Shown here: positions 28,240-37,477 of the stretch, one piece after another
Layout of the letters: every line of letters starts with the position of its first letter
Numbering within the stretch: the first letter of the stretch is position 1
NCBI GenBank assembly: GCA_016930715.1
Contig: JAFGGC010000003.1
Location: 31,224-95,223, forward strand
Reading direction: 5' to 3'
DNA length: 64,000 nt
From: Endomicrobiales bacterium
GTDB lineage: Bacteria; Elusimicrobiota; Endomicrobiia; Endomicrobiales; JAFGGC01
The notes under the pieces: generated by a model
Databases searched by the model: none
Told to the model about the DNA's origin: nothing
The model's input: only the letters and a program-made list of their open reading frames with translations
Position numbers and translations under genes: made by a program

Positions 28240-29472
28240 TCAGAACGACTGTTCGAACCAGTCCCTGAAACGCCTGTACCACGAAGGGCCTTTTATGGCC
28301 CTCGGCGCCGAGTATCCCGTGGCGTCGATGAACTCCGAACGGAACAGGGCGACGGCCGTCGCGTACGAAGGATTGCCTACCAGTTCTTCGGGGCCTTTTA
28401 TGTCCTGCGGGAGCCCGATTCTCGCCGACGTGTTGAGCGCCTGCTCGGCGGCCTGCACTATCCCTTCAAGGCACGAGCCGCCTCCGGTGATGATGACCCC
28501 GCCGGGTATGATCGCGTCGGTCAAATTCGATTTCTTCAGCTCCTCGTCTATCATCACGAATATCTGGTCAAGCCGCGGCTGGATTATCTCGACAAGCTGC
28601 CTGCGGTTGGATTCTCTTACCGTCCTTCCGTCAACGGCGGTGAAATCGAACTTCGAATCTTGCTTGAGAAGGCTCGCCATCGCGATCCCGTATTTCTCCT
28701 TTATGTCCTGCGCCACCGATACCGAGGTCCTCAGGGAATGGGAAATGTCCCTCGTGACGTAGTCCGAACCGATCTGCAGTTCCTTCGAGTACTTTATGCT
28801 TCCCTCGGTGTATATCGCGAGCCCCGTCGTCAGGCCGCCGAAATCCACGAGAAGGCACCCCAGCTCTTTCTCCTCCTGCGTTATCACGAAATCTCCGACG
28901 GACAGGAGCCCGTACACCGGCTCCATCACTTCGAAACCGGCCTGGGCGACCGACTTGTAGATATTGGAAAGATGGCTCGATGACGCGGTCAGTATGTGAA
29001 CGTCCACCTCGAGGAAATTGCCTTCCATTCCCACGGGATTGGGCACGCCCCTCTGGTGGTTGAGCGAGAACTCCTGCGGTATCGTGTGGAGTATCTCCCT
29101 GTCGGGCGAAAGGCGTATGGTTTTCGCGTTCTCTATCGCGCCGGAGACGTCTTCCGCAGTTATCTCCTTGTCGGTGCGCGAGATGTTTATCGCGCCCCTC
29201 GCGTTCATCGATTCGATGTGGCTTCCGCGCAGGCCCAGATATATCTGGCGGACGGTCTCGTTGGCCTTTTCTTCCGCCATCTCGATGACCTTTGAGACCG
29301 CGTAGGACGTTTCCTGCAGGTTTATGACCACGCCGCCCTTCACGCCCCTGCACGGGATCTTGGCCCCGCTCAGTATCTCGATCTCTCCCGATTCCTGGGA
29401 ACGCCTGCCTATCACGCAGCACACCTGGCTGCTCCCGATGTCAATTCCGGTCAAAATCTCATGTTTTGTCAT
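28240..29472 (-). CDS. ftsA: Cell division protein FtsA
   Basis: Actin-like ATPase (GIDIGSS, ITGGGS) lying between ftsQ and ftsZ. Confidence 0.95.
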   Translation of the reverse strand: MTKHEILTGIDIGSSQVCCVIGRRSQESGEIEILSGAKIPCRGVKGGVVINLQETSYAVSKVIEMAEEKANETVRQIYLGLRGSHIESMNARGAINISRTDKEITAEDVSGAIENAKTIRLSPDREILHTIPQEFSLNHQRGVPNPVGMEGNFLEVDVHILTASSSHLSNIYKSVAQAGFEVMEPVYGLLSVGDFVITQEEKELGCLLVDFGGLTTGLAIYTEGSIKYSKELQIGSDYVTRDISHSLRTSVSVAQDIKEKYGIAMASLLKQDSKFDFTAVDGRTVRESNRRQLVEIIQPRLDQIFVMIDEELKKSNLTDAIIPGGVIITGGGSCLEGIVQAAEQALNTSARIGLPQDIKGPEELVGNPSYATAVALFRSEFIDATGYSAPRAIKGPSWYRRFRDWFEQSF

Positions 29473-29504
29473 TTTTTTCCCCGTTTGTTTATTTTATAAC
29501 TTCG

Positions 29505-30320
29505 CTAACTGCCTTTTTTCGGTTTTATGAGCACCCTGCCGTCGTCGTAATAATACAAATTCGCGTATTCTATCTGCCCGTACCTTGAGCGGGCGTCAGA
29601 AAGCACGCTGTTAAGCCGTTCTATCTTGCCCTTCAGGTCGCCCTTGCCGGCGGCGCCCCAGTAGACCCTGACCCCGTCCGCGAGATCGAAAGAAACGTCC
29701 TTTACCGCTTCCGGCCTGAACCTCACGACCTGCGCGGACAACTCGCCGGCCGCTGGCTTGAAGATACTCAAGAAATCTATCAGGAAACGCCTTTCGGATT
29801 CCGTCACCGCCACGAGCTCGGCCAGCGGCGCATTCACGTATTCGCCGCGGAGAGGGAACGGCTTGTTGTCGGCGTCGACGCCGAGTTTCTTCCCGCCGAC
29901 GGTGACAAAGGCCATCGGGACTCGCTCCCTGAAACTCACCTTTATGCCCTGAAAGGTCCTTGACACCGAAAGGTCCTTGAGCTCCGGCTTGCAGGACTTC
30001 AAGTTCTTCTCGGCCGCGGAAACGTTCACTCGGAACATATTGTCCCCTATCCTGAAAGGAAGGAGCGCCAGTATCTCCGACTGCAGGATGTTTTTCGCGC
30101 CGGCGACCTCGATCGTTTTTATCTTGAAATGGTCCGACGTGAAAAGATAGTCGGAAACCCTGCCGTAGGTCCACCAGGCCCCGGCGAACAGGAGGCCTAT
30201 CAAAAAAATGTACTGCGCCGCGGCGAAAGCCCTGCGCCGGCGCTCGTAGCGGAACTTCGAGCGCATAACGACTTTCCTGGGGCGGTACCTTGAACGTTTC
30301 GCGGTCCTCGCGTATTTCAC
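29505..30320 (-). CDS. ftsQ: Cell division protein FtsQ (POTRA domain)
   Basis: Basic N-terminus, a single TM, then POTRA (FKIKTIEVAGAKNI). Position in the division and cell-wall (dcw) cluster fits. Confidence 0.85.
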   Translation of the reverse strand: MKYARTAKRSRYRPRKVVMRSKFRYERRRRAFAAAQYIFLIGLLFAGAWWTYGRVSDYLFTSDHFKIKTIEVAGAKNILQSEILALLPFRIGDNMFRVNVSAAEKNLKSCKPELKDLSVSRTFQGIKVSFRERVPMAFVTVGGKKLGVDADNKPFPLRGEYVNAPLAELVAVTESERRFLIDFLSIFKPAAGELSAQVVRFRPEAVKDVSFDLADGVRVYWGAAGKGDLKGKIERLNSVLSDARSRYGQIEYANLYYYDDGRVLIKPKKGS

Positions 30321-30464
30321 CTGAAAACACCCCGGAATCTTATTTCAAACATCACACTATCCGTCCGCCATCCAATTAACATCAAGCCGATCCTTATCAA
30401 TCTCAGGTGACCCGCCGAAGAGGCGGGGCCATTCTTTATTTTTCATTATTCCTATTCTTAAATC

Positions 30465-31397
30465 TTACACCGAATACTGCATTATCTTCACTACAAGGTC
30501 GTCGAAGCTCATTCCTACCGCGCGCGCCTCGTCCGGAAGGAGGGAAGTCTCCGTCATACCCGGGATCGTGTTGGCCTCCAGCACCCAGGGCTTGCCGGAC
30601 CTGTCGACTATAATGTCTATCCTTGCGACCGCCCTGCAGCCAAGCGCCGCGAAAGACCTGACCGCCGCTTCCTTGACCTTTTTTACCGCGGCTTTCGGTA
30701 TCCTCGGCGGTATCATATGGTCCGACATACCCTTCTTGTATTTCGACTCGAAATCGTAGAACTCGTTCCTGGGCACTATCTCGACGACCGGAAGCGCCCT
30801 TCCGCCCAGCACACCGCAGGTTACTTCTTTGCCGGGGATGTATCTCTCGACTATGGCTTCCGGGCCGAACGCGAAAGCCTTCCTGAGCGCGGATGCTATC
30901 CCGGATTTCTTCCGGACAACGCTTACGCCGTAGGCCGAGCCCTGGTCCGCCGGCTTGACCACCACGGTCCGCCCGCCGAATTTTTTAACGGCCGCCGAGA
31001 CATCCGTTTTCAAGGAACGCTTCCGGCAGACTATCCACGGAGCGCTGGCTATACCGAACCTTTCGAGGACGTACTTGGTGTAGACCTTGTTCATGCACAA
31101 CGCGCTTGAAAGGACTTTCGAGCCCGTGTACGGTATGCCCATCATCTCGAGCATCCCCTGCACGGTCCCGTCCTCGCCCCACGGCCCGTGCAGGACTATG
31201 TAAGCGAAATTTATCCTCTTTTTTTTTAAAACCCGGGCTATATCGTTTCCGGCGTCGATGCCGACCGCGTCGAAGCCTTTTCGTTTCAGCGCGGCGAGCA
31301 CGGCTTTGCCCGAAAGGAGCGAAATGCTCCTTTCGGAAGACCTCCCGCCGAACAAAACCCCGATTTTCCTCTTTTTAAGCCAGTTTACATTTTTCAT
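30465..31397 (-). CDS. ddl: D-alanine--D-alanine ligase
   Basis: IGVLFGGRSSERSISLLSG, HGPWGEDGTVQG and EANTIPGMT motifs. Confidence 0.95.
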   Translation of the reverse strand: MKNVNWLKKRKIGVLFGGRSSERSISLLSGKAVLAALKRKGFDAVGIDAGNDIARVLKKKRINFAYIVLHGPWGEDGTVQGMLEMMGIPYTGSKVLSSALCMNKVYTKYVLERFGIASAPWIVCRKRSLKTDVSAAVKKFGGRTVVVKPADQGSAYGVSVVRKKSGIASALRKAFAFGPEAIVERYIPGKEVTCGVLGGRALPVVEIVPRNEFYDFESKYKKGMSDHMIPPRIPKAAVKKVKEAAVRSFAALGCRAVARIDIIVDRSGKPWVLEANTIPGMTETSLLPDEARAVGMSFDDLVVKIMQYSV

Positions 31398-31495
31398 GCT
31401 TTGTAACTATTGTGATTGCTATTGCCCGCTTTTTTCAATGTTCAAATAACCTTTTGATATCAGGAAAGACTCGTTCTCACCGCCTAATCCTAACA

Positions 31496-31783
31496 TTAAT
31501 CCTTGTCTTCCGTACAACTCGATACTGTTGCCGTTCTTCTTTCCGACATCCTTAGCTGGACAGTCCCTGTTGAGTTCCCATTTTTGTCCGTGAACCGAAT
31601 CTGGCTTGACTGCTCGTCCTTAACTATTTTACCCGCCGGCTGCTGCCGATCAGCGCCCGCCCCGTTGCCTGACTCTTCCCTTATGCTGCCACTGCGGCAG
31701 CTGGTCTGGCCTACTGCAATAGCCAGCATTACCGGTATGATAATCAATCCCATTTTACTGCACATTTTTAATCGCTTCCCCAT
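31496..31783 (-). CDS. Small secreted or membrane-anchored hypothetical protein
   Basis: Hydrophobic N-terminus MGLIIIPVMLAIAVGQTSC followed by a polar low-complexity tail. I recognise no family. Confidence 0.45.
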   Translation of the reverse strand: MGKRLKMCSKMGLIIIPVMLAIAVGQTSCRSGSIREESGNGAGADRQQPAGKIVKDEQSSQIRFTDKNGNSTGTVQLRMSERRTATVSSCTEDKD

Positions 31784-31833
31784 TTTGACTGCTTATCCAA
31801 ACTTGTCCTTTTAATAAACACTTAATAATTAAA

Positions 31834-32001
31834 CTAAAACTTTTTTTTCCTGAGCTTTCTGCTGATTTCCTTTGTTTTCTCGTCCATAGCTTTTTCAAAA
31901 AATGCATTTGCTTCTTCCAGGAACCTGAGCTTGGCTTCCGTCGGCTGGGACATGTAAATTTTGATCCGTTCTACATCGAATTCATTTTCAGCTTTTTTCA
32001 T
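31834..32001 (-). CDS. Small helical protein, 55 aa (below the track cut-off), overlapping the 3' end of the NTase-like gene
   Basis: Hand translation: MKKAENEFDVERIKIYMSQPTEAKLRFLEEANAFFEKAMDEKTKEISRKLRKKKF*. ATG 32001 overlaps the upstream gene, whose stop is at 31988-31990. Confidence 0.45.
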   Translation of the reverse strand: MKKAENEFDVERIKIYMSQPTEAKLRFLEEANAFFEKAMDEKTKEISRKLRKKKF

Positions 32002-32485
32002 CGCGGACCTTTTTGATAAGTTTTAACGCGCTTATATCCGTTTTGTCCCGCTCGCGGCCGGCTATCTTTTTTAATTTAATCAGATCATCTATCGATATCA
32101 GCGGCAGTTTAAGCCCTTTTTGCGTGTATTCACGGCGTTCATACGCCTGCTCAAAATCCAGATATTCCATTATCATTATATCAACAACCTCCATCATATT
32201 GCTTGGGTTATGTATTTTAAATACCTTGGCGTTCTTTTTCTCAATCCATTCTTTTCTTTTTCGGGCATCGGCCAATTCTTCAATACCTACCGGAATTCCC
32301 GGTTTAAAACCATATTCCTTCATAAAACTTTCTAATTTCAGTATGTTTTCCTTGTCAAAAGACATCATTATATCTATATCGCCGGTTATCCTGTCATATC
32401 CATATAGATTTACCGCCATACCGCCTATTATCAGGTATCTCACGTCATGTTTTGTCAGTCCCTCGAATATTCGTTCAAATCCCAC
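31988..32485 (-). CDS. Minimal nucleotidyltransferase-fold protein (toxin-antitoxin/Abi-like) inserted in the dcw cluster
   Basis: VRYLIIGGMAVNLYGYDRITGDIDIMM matches the hGG-x9-13-DhDh NTase motif. The DNA is visibly AT-richer than the flanking murB and ddl. Confidence 0.6.
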   Translation of the reverse strand: MGFERIFEGLTKHDVRYLIIGGMAVNLYGYDRITGDIDIMMSFDKENILKLESFMKEYGFKPGIPVGIEELADARKRKEWIEKKNAKVFKIHNPSNMMEVVDIMIMEYLDFEQAYERREYTQKGLKLPLISIDDLIKLKKIAGRERDKTDISALKLIKKVRDEKS

Positions 32486-32487
32486 TT

Positions 32488-33384
32488 TTAAAATCCCGCC
32501 ATCTTTATTTCAAGCTCAAGCCCTATGCCGAATTTCTCCTTGACTTTCTCGTGAACGAGCGAGATCAGCGCGCGGACGTCGGACGCGCTCGCCTTGCCCC
32601 TGTTCACTATGAAATTAGCGTGCTTTTCAGAAACCTGGGCGCCGCCGAAACTCACGCCTTTGAGCCCGCACGCCTCTATCAATCTTCCCGCGGAATTATC
32701 AGGAGGATTTTTGAATATGGAACCGGCGTTTAGCGTGCTCAGCGGCTGCGTTTCAAGACGCCTTTTTTTAAGCGCCGCCATTTTTTTTAGAATATCATTT
32801 TTTATGCCTTTTTTCAAGCTGAAACCCGCGGCCGTGACCACGGTTCCCTCAAGGCCGGATCCCCTGTAAGTGAACGCTATATTCTCCCTTGAAATCCTCT
32901 CAATTTTGCCGGTTTTTTGAAGCACTTCGACGTAACCCACCACGTCTTCCATCCAGCCCAAATCGGTCCCGGCGTTGGATATGACCGCGCCGCCCACCGT
33001 TCCCGGTATGCCGGAGAATCCCTCCAGGCCGGAGAGCCCCTTTTTCGCGGTTTCATTGACGAGTACCGAAAGCAAGACCCCCGCTCCCGCGGTGACGGCC
33101 GTGCCTTTGACGCCGTACCTGCAAAAATCGCCCGAAAGCCTGATGACCAGGCCGTGGAAACCCTTGTCGGAAACCAGGATGTTCGAGCCGTTGCCCAGGA
33201 TCAGAAGAGGGATTTTTTCGCAAGTGGCGGCAAGGCAGAGTGAAGAGAGTTCCTTTAGGTTCCTGACGTCAGCGAAATACTTCGCGGGTCCGCCTATGCG
33301 GAAAGTGGTGTGCTTCGCAAGCGGTTCGTTGAGCTTTATCCGCGGGCAAACCGCCGATAAAAGCGAGTTCAGATCTTTCTTAAT
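32488..33384 (-). CDS. murB: UDP-N-acetylenolpyruvoylglucosamine reductase. The start codon is non-canonical and its position uncertain.
   Basis: The track ORF (32488-33075) holds only the C-terminal two thirds. The same frame stays open upstream and encodes LNEPLAKHTTFRIGGPAKYF...LILGNGSNILVSD (FAD-binding N-domain), with no ATG/GTG/TTG. Candidate starts are ATT 33384 (7 nt after GGAG) and CTG 33372, which overlaps the murC stop. Confidence 0.8.
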   Translation of the reverse strand: MKKDLNSLLSAVCPRIKLNEPLAKHTTFRIGGPAKYFADVRNLKELSSLCLAATCEKIPLLILGNGSNILVSDKGFHGLVIRLSGDFCRYGVKGTAVTAGAGVLLSVLVNETAKKGLSGLEGFSGIPGTVGGAVISNAGTDLGWMEDVVGYVEVLQKTGKIERISRENIAFTYRGSGLEGTVVTAAGFSLKKGIKNDILKKMAALKKRRLETQPLSTLNAGSIFKNPPDNSAGRLIEACGLKGVSFGGAQVSEKHANFIVNRGKASASDVRALISLVHEKVKEKFGIGLELEIKMAGF

Positions 33385-34721
33385 ATCTCTTCTCCGATTT
33401 TCCAGACATCGCCCGCTCCCAAAGTAAGCACTATATCTCCGGGACGCAGCTTCTTGACGAGAACCTGCGCGCCTTCAAAGAGGCGGGCCTGCTTGCCGCA
33501 CTCGATTACGCTGTTTATTATCAGCCTGCTCGTTATGCCCGGTATCGGTTTTTCCCCGGCGGGATATATGTCGAGTATTCGCGCCTTGTCCGCCTTCTCG
33601 AAAACGGGCCCGAACTCCCTGTAGAGGTGGGCCGTCCTCGAATAGCGGTGCGGCTGAAAAAGAACGACGAGCCGCCTCTTGGGCCAGTTGGATTTTATGG
33701 CGGAGATCGTGGCTTTTATCTCGGTCGGATGGTGCCCGTAATCGTCAATGACGAGTATCCTTTTCTTCTCGCCTTTTATCTCTATGCGCCTTCCGACTCC
33801 GGCGAACGCGCCCAGCGCCCCGGATATCTTTCCGAAGGGCACCTCAAGCTCGACGCCGACCGCGCACGCGGCAAGGGCGTTGAGCACGTTGTGAGCGCCG
33901 GGGACTTTCAGGTCTATATGCCCGAGCTTTTTGGAGCCCTTGTAAACGTCGAACGAGGAGACGTGCCCCCTGTGCCGGACGTTTCTGGCCGTGTAATCCG
34001 GAGAATCCTTCATTCCGTAGGTCACGTAATGCCTGCGTATCTTGGGCAGTATCTCCGAAACGTTCCTGTCGTCGGAGCAAAGTATCGCCGTGCCGTAAAA
34101 CGGTATGCTGTTGACGTGCTCCGCGAAGGCCCTCTTGATGTTCTCCAGCGTGCCGTAGTAATCGAGGTGGTCGTTGTCGATGTTCGTGACGACCGCTATG
34201 GCGGGGCTTAGCTTCAGGAACGAGCCGTCCGACTCGTCGGCCTCGGCGACGAGGTACTCGCCCTTTCCGAGTTTGGCGCCGGACTTTATGTTCTTGAACC
34301 TGCCGCCTATAACCATTGTCGGGTCAAGCCCGCCGCGCTCCAGCACCAGCGACGCCATCGACGTCGTCGTGGTCTTGCCGTGGGTTCCAGCTATCGAGAC
34401 GGTGTACTTCAGGCGGGCGAGCTCTGCAAGCATCTCTATCCTGGGTATCACGGGTATCTTTTCTTTAAGGGCCTCGGCCACCTCCGGGTTGGTCCTGTGC
34501 ACGGCGGTCGAGGTGACAACGACATCGGCGCCGGCGATGTTCTCTTTCTTGTGGCCTATTCGTACCTTCGCGCCAAGTTTTTCAAGGTGTTCGGTGACGT
34601 CGCTCTCTTTGAGGTCGGAGCCCGTCACCCTGTAGCCGAGGTGTATCAGGACCTCGGCGATGCCCGACATCCCCGAGCCGCCTATCCCGACGAAATGAAT
34701 GTGCTTTATTTTCTTGAACAC
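33369..34721 (-). CDS. murC: UDP-N-acetylmuramate--L-alanine ligase
   Basis: IHFVGIGGSGMSGIAEVL and GTHGKTTTTSM motifs. Confidence 0.95.
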   Translation of the reverse strand: MFKKIKHIHFVGIGGSGMSGIAEVLIHLGYRVTGSDLKESDVTEHLEKLGAKVRIGHKKENIAGADVVVTSTAVHRTNPEVAEALKEKIPVIPRIEMLAELARLKYTVSIAGTHGKTTTTSMASLVLERGGLDPTMVIGGRFKNIKSGAKLGKGEYLVAEADESDGSFLKLSPAIAVVTNIDNDHLDYYGTLENIKRAFAEHVNSIPFYGTAILCSDDRNVSEILPKIRRHYVTYGMKDSPDYTARNVRHRGHVSSFDVYKGSKKLGHIDLKVPGAHNVLNALAACAVGVELEVPFGKISGALGAFAGVGRRIEIKGEKKRILVIDDYGHHPTEIKATISAIKSNWPKRRLVVLFQPHRYSRTAHLYREFGPVFEKADKARILDIYPAGEKPIPGITSRLIINSVIECGKQARLFEGAQVLVKKLRPGDIVLTLGAGDVWKIGEEILRKI

Positions 34722-34734
34722 TCGTTACCTCGTT

Positions 34735-34770
34735 GATCACACAGATTTCAAAAGAGATTACACTGATTAC
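34735..34770. repeat. Family A element (short copy)
   Basis: GATCACACAGAT ... GATTACACTGATTAC. Lies between the queF stop and the murC start. Confidence 0.7.
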
Positions 34771-35210
34771 TTCTTAATTTTTTTGTGCTGTGCGCTTACC
34801 GTCGTCACTATCCCGCCGCGCGTTTTAAACTCAAGCTCTGCCGCCATCGATTTCGGCTTTATCTTTTTGACGAGGTCCGCCAGGACCCTGTTGACCACGC
34901 TCTCGTGCACCATTCCCACCATCCGGTAGCTCATCAGGTAATACTTCAGCGATTTCAGCTCTATGACCGCCTTCGCCGGGACGTAGCTTACCGTAATCTT
35001 CGCGTGGTCCGGCAGGCCCGTCCACGGGCACAGGCAGGTGAACTCGTCGGACTCTATTTTAACCTCTATCCTCTTGCCTTTGTACTCGTAGGGTATGGCC
35101 TCCAGCAACCCCGGCGATATCTTGTTAAAAGTAGGGACAGCGCCTACTTTTTTCACATCAATTTTAGCCCTGTTATTACTGATTTTTCGATATTTTTTTC
35201 TAAAAACCAT
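34767..35210 (-). CDS. queF: NADPH-dependent 7-cyano-7-deazaguanine reductase
   Basis: EFTCLCPWTGLPDHAKITVSYVP matches the QueF EFTSLCPxTGQPD motif. Start is ambiguous: TTG 35216, ATG 35210 (after AGAGGG) or GTG 35156. Confidence 0.85.
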   Translation of the reverse strand: MVFRKKYRKISNNRAKIDVKKVGAVPTFNKISPGLLEAIPYEYKGKRIEVKIESDEFTCLCPWTGLPDHAKITVSYVPAKAVIELKSLKYYLMSYRMVGMVHESVVNRVLADLVKKIKPKSMAAELEFKTRGGIVTTVSAQHKKIKK

Positions 35211-35251
35211 ATTCAAACCCTCTGTTAAAAAGTAGGCGCTGTCCCTACTTT
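35127..35251. repeat. Family D inverted pair bracketing the queF start
   Basis: AAAAGTAGGGACAGCGCCTACTTTTTT (35127-53) and AAAAAGTAGGCGCTGTCCCTACTTT (35227-51). Confidence 0.8.
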
Positions 35252-35254
35252 CCG

Positions 35255-37351
35255 TCAGCCTTGAAGCTGCGAAAAATCCAGAATCTTTGAGAAAAGCCCC
35301 ACCTTGTACTTCAGTATCGCGAGCCGGTTGGCGCGCAGCGCCTCATCCTCTACCATCACCATCACCTTGTCGAAGAAGGCGTCGACGAACGGCTTTATCT
35401 CAACCATCTTCTGCATTGAGGCGAGGTATTCCTTTTTTTCCGTGAGCGACACCACCTCGTTTTCTATCTTCTTGACGCTTTCAAAAAGTTGCCTCTCGGC
35501 TTCCTCTTTCATCAGCGCCCCGGAAACCGTATCGGACACCGCCGCCTTGTTCTTCTCCGCCTGCTTCAGTATGTTGGATGCCCTCTTGAACGACGCGGCA
35601 AGCTGGGCGAAATCCCCGTGCGACCTCATTTTTTTGAGCGCCTCGAGCCTTTTTTTGGCGTCAAGCGGCTCGTCGAATCCCACCGCGAGCACCGAGCGTA
35701 CCTCGTCGAACCTGAAACCCTCCGCGTCCCACAGTGACTCAAGCCGCTGGCGAAGAAAATCCTTGAGATGAGAAACGGCCTGCGTGTTTCCCCTCAAACT
35801 TTCCGGCAGTATCGAAAAGGCTTTTTCTATCAACTGAAAAACGTTAACGGGAAAATTTTTATCGAGTATTATTCTAAGCAACCCCATGGCCATGCGCCTG
35901 AGCCCGTAGGGGTCCTGCGACCCCGAAGGTATTATGCCCGCCGCGAAATCGCCGCAAAGCGTGTCTATTTTGTCCGCCATTGCCAGCACCGCCCCGAGTT
36001 TCGATTCCGGGAGCTTCGCTTCCGCGGAAACCGGCATGTAGTGCTCTTCAATGGCCCGCGCGACTTCCTTCGGCTCGCCGTCGTGCTCCGCGTAGACGCG
36101 CCCCATCACGCCCTGCAGTTCGGGGTACTCGAACACCATGTCCGTGACAAGGTCGGCTTTCGAAAGACGCGCGGCCTTCTCTATGTCGCGTATTCCGGCG
36201 AAAAGATTCGATTTTGACTCGAGCGTGTTTGTCAGGAATATCGCGAGCTGTTCCGTGCGCACCGTTTTGTCATAGACGCTGCCGAGCTTTGCCTGGAACA
36301 TCACGCTTTTCAGGCCTTCCGCTTTCGACGAGAGCTTCGTCTTCTTGTCCTTCTCGAAAAAGAAGGCCGCGTCGGCAAGCCTCGCCTCGAGCACGCGTTC
36401 ATAGCCCTCCCTGACCACGTCCTGATGCTCGCTTATGCCGTTGCGTATCCCGATGAAATGGTCCGTGAGCTTCCCTGAAGCGTCAGTTATGGCGAAAAAT
36501 TTCTGCTTTTTCCTGAGGCAGGTTATCAGCACTTCCCGCGGCAGTTTAAGGTATTTGCCGTCGAACTTTCCGGTGACCGCGACCGGGTGCTCGACCAGGT
36601 AATTTATCTCGTCGATGAGGGCGTCATCCTGCAGGGCCGAACCCTTCATTCTCTTTGCGGCCGATTCCACGTGCTTTTCTATTATCTCCCTGCGCTCCCC
36701 GGAGTCCGCCAGAACGCAGTTGTTCCTTAAAGTGTTCTTGTATCTCTCGGGCGACGGTATGGTTATCTTCTTTCCCCCCAGCGCGTGAAGCCCGCACGTC
36801 CAGTTCGAGGATTTAAGATCCGCAATCTGGAACTTCACTATTTTTTCGCCGTAGAGCGCTGCGACGGAGCGTATGGGCCTTGCGAACCTGAAACCCGAGC
36901 TTTCCCAGAACATAGTTTTCGGGAAATACAGTTTGGACGCGGCGGCGGGGAAGACCTCGGACAGTATTTTTTCGGCTTTTTCTCCGGGGGTTTTCTTGAC
37001 CACGCAGAAATACTCGCCTTTTTCGGTTTTCTTGACGGCGAGCCTTTCCGGCGTAACGCCGTGCTTCGACGCGAAACCTCTTGCGGCCGGGGAAAAGGAA
37101 CCGTCGGCGGCTCTTCCCGCCGAAACGGAAGGCCCGAGCATCTCCTCTGCCCTGTCCGCGCTCTTGTCTGAAAGCTCATCAATGACGACGGCCAGCCGCC
37201 TGGGTGTTGAAAACACCTTTAGCGACCCGTACTTGAGCCCCCTCTTGTCCAGGCTTTCGGCCACGATCGACATAAGCTGCTCGGCCGCCGGGACAACGTA
37301 AGCCGCCGGTATCTCTTCGCTGAAAATCTCAAATAGTGCGTCTTTGGCCAT
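35255..37351 (-). CDS. glyS: Glycine--tRNA ligase beta subunit
   Basis: 698 aa, N-terminus MAKDALFEIFSEEIPA, downstream of glyQ. Confidence 0.93.
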   Translation of the reverse strand: MAKDALFEIFSEEIPAAYVVPAAEQLMSIVAESLDKRGLKYGSLKVFSTPRRLAVVIDELSDKSADRAEEMLGPSVSAGRAADGSFSPAARGFASKHGVTPERLAVKKTEKGEYFCVVKKTPGEKAEKILSEVFPAAASKLYFPKTMFWESSGFRFARPIRSVAALYGEKIVKFQIADLKSSNWTCGLHALGGKKITIPSPERYKNTLRNNCVLADSGERREIIEKHVESAAKRMKGSALQDDALIDEINYLVEHPVAVTGKFDGKYLKLPREVLITCLRKKQKFFAITDASGKLTDHFIGIRNGISEHQDVVREGYERVLEARLADAAFFFEKDKKTKLSSKAEGLKSVMFQAKLGSVYDKTVRTEQLAIFLTNTLESKSNLFAGIRDIEKAARLSKADLVTDMVFEYPELQGVMGRVYAEHDGEPKEVARAIEEHYMPVSAEAKLPESKLGAVLAMADKIDTLCGDFAAGIIPSGSQDPYGLRRMAMGLLRIILDKNFPVNVFQLIEKAFSILPESLRGNTQAVSHLKDFLRQRLESLWDAEGFRFDEVRSVLAVGFDEPLDAKKRLEALKKMRSHGDFAQLAASFKRASNILKQAEKNKAAVSDTVSGALMKEEAERQLFESVKKIENEVVSLTEKKEYLASMQKMVEIKPFVDAFFDKVMVMVEDEALRANRLAILKYKVGLFSKILDFSQLQG

Positions 37352-37360
37352 AATTAGTCT

Positions 37361-37433
37361 TTCAATTTCGAAACTGAAATCTCGCCACCGCTTTCAGCGG
37401 AGTCCCGCCAAAGGCGGGAAATTTCGAAAAAAC
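37361..37433. repeat. Family C (CAATTTCGAA) repeats flanking two GC hairpins
   Basis: TTCAATTTCGAAACTGAAATCTCG ... CCGCTTTCAGCGG ... CCCGCCAAAGGCGGG AAATTTCGAAAAAA. Lies in the glyQ-glyS spacer. Confidence 0.75.
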
Positions 37434-37477
37434 CGCGATATTTAAACCCAAAAAATCAAGTAAACCGCCGCTTTTTG

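Noticed and set aside
35217-35254. preQ1 riboswitch upstream of queF
   Set aside because: The spacer is only about 40 nt and is occupied by a Family D repeat unit. I could not see the conserved preQ1-I/II core sequence.
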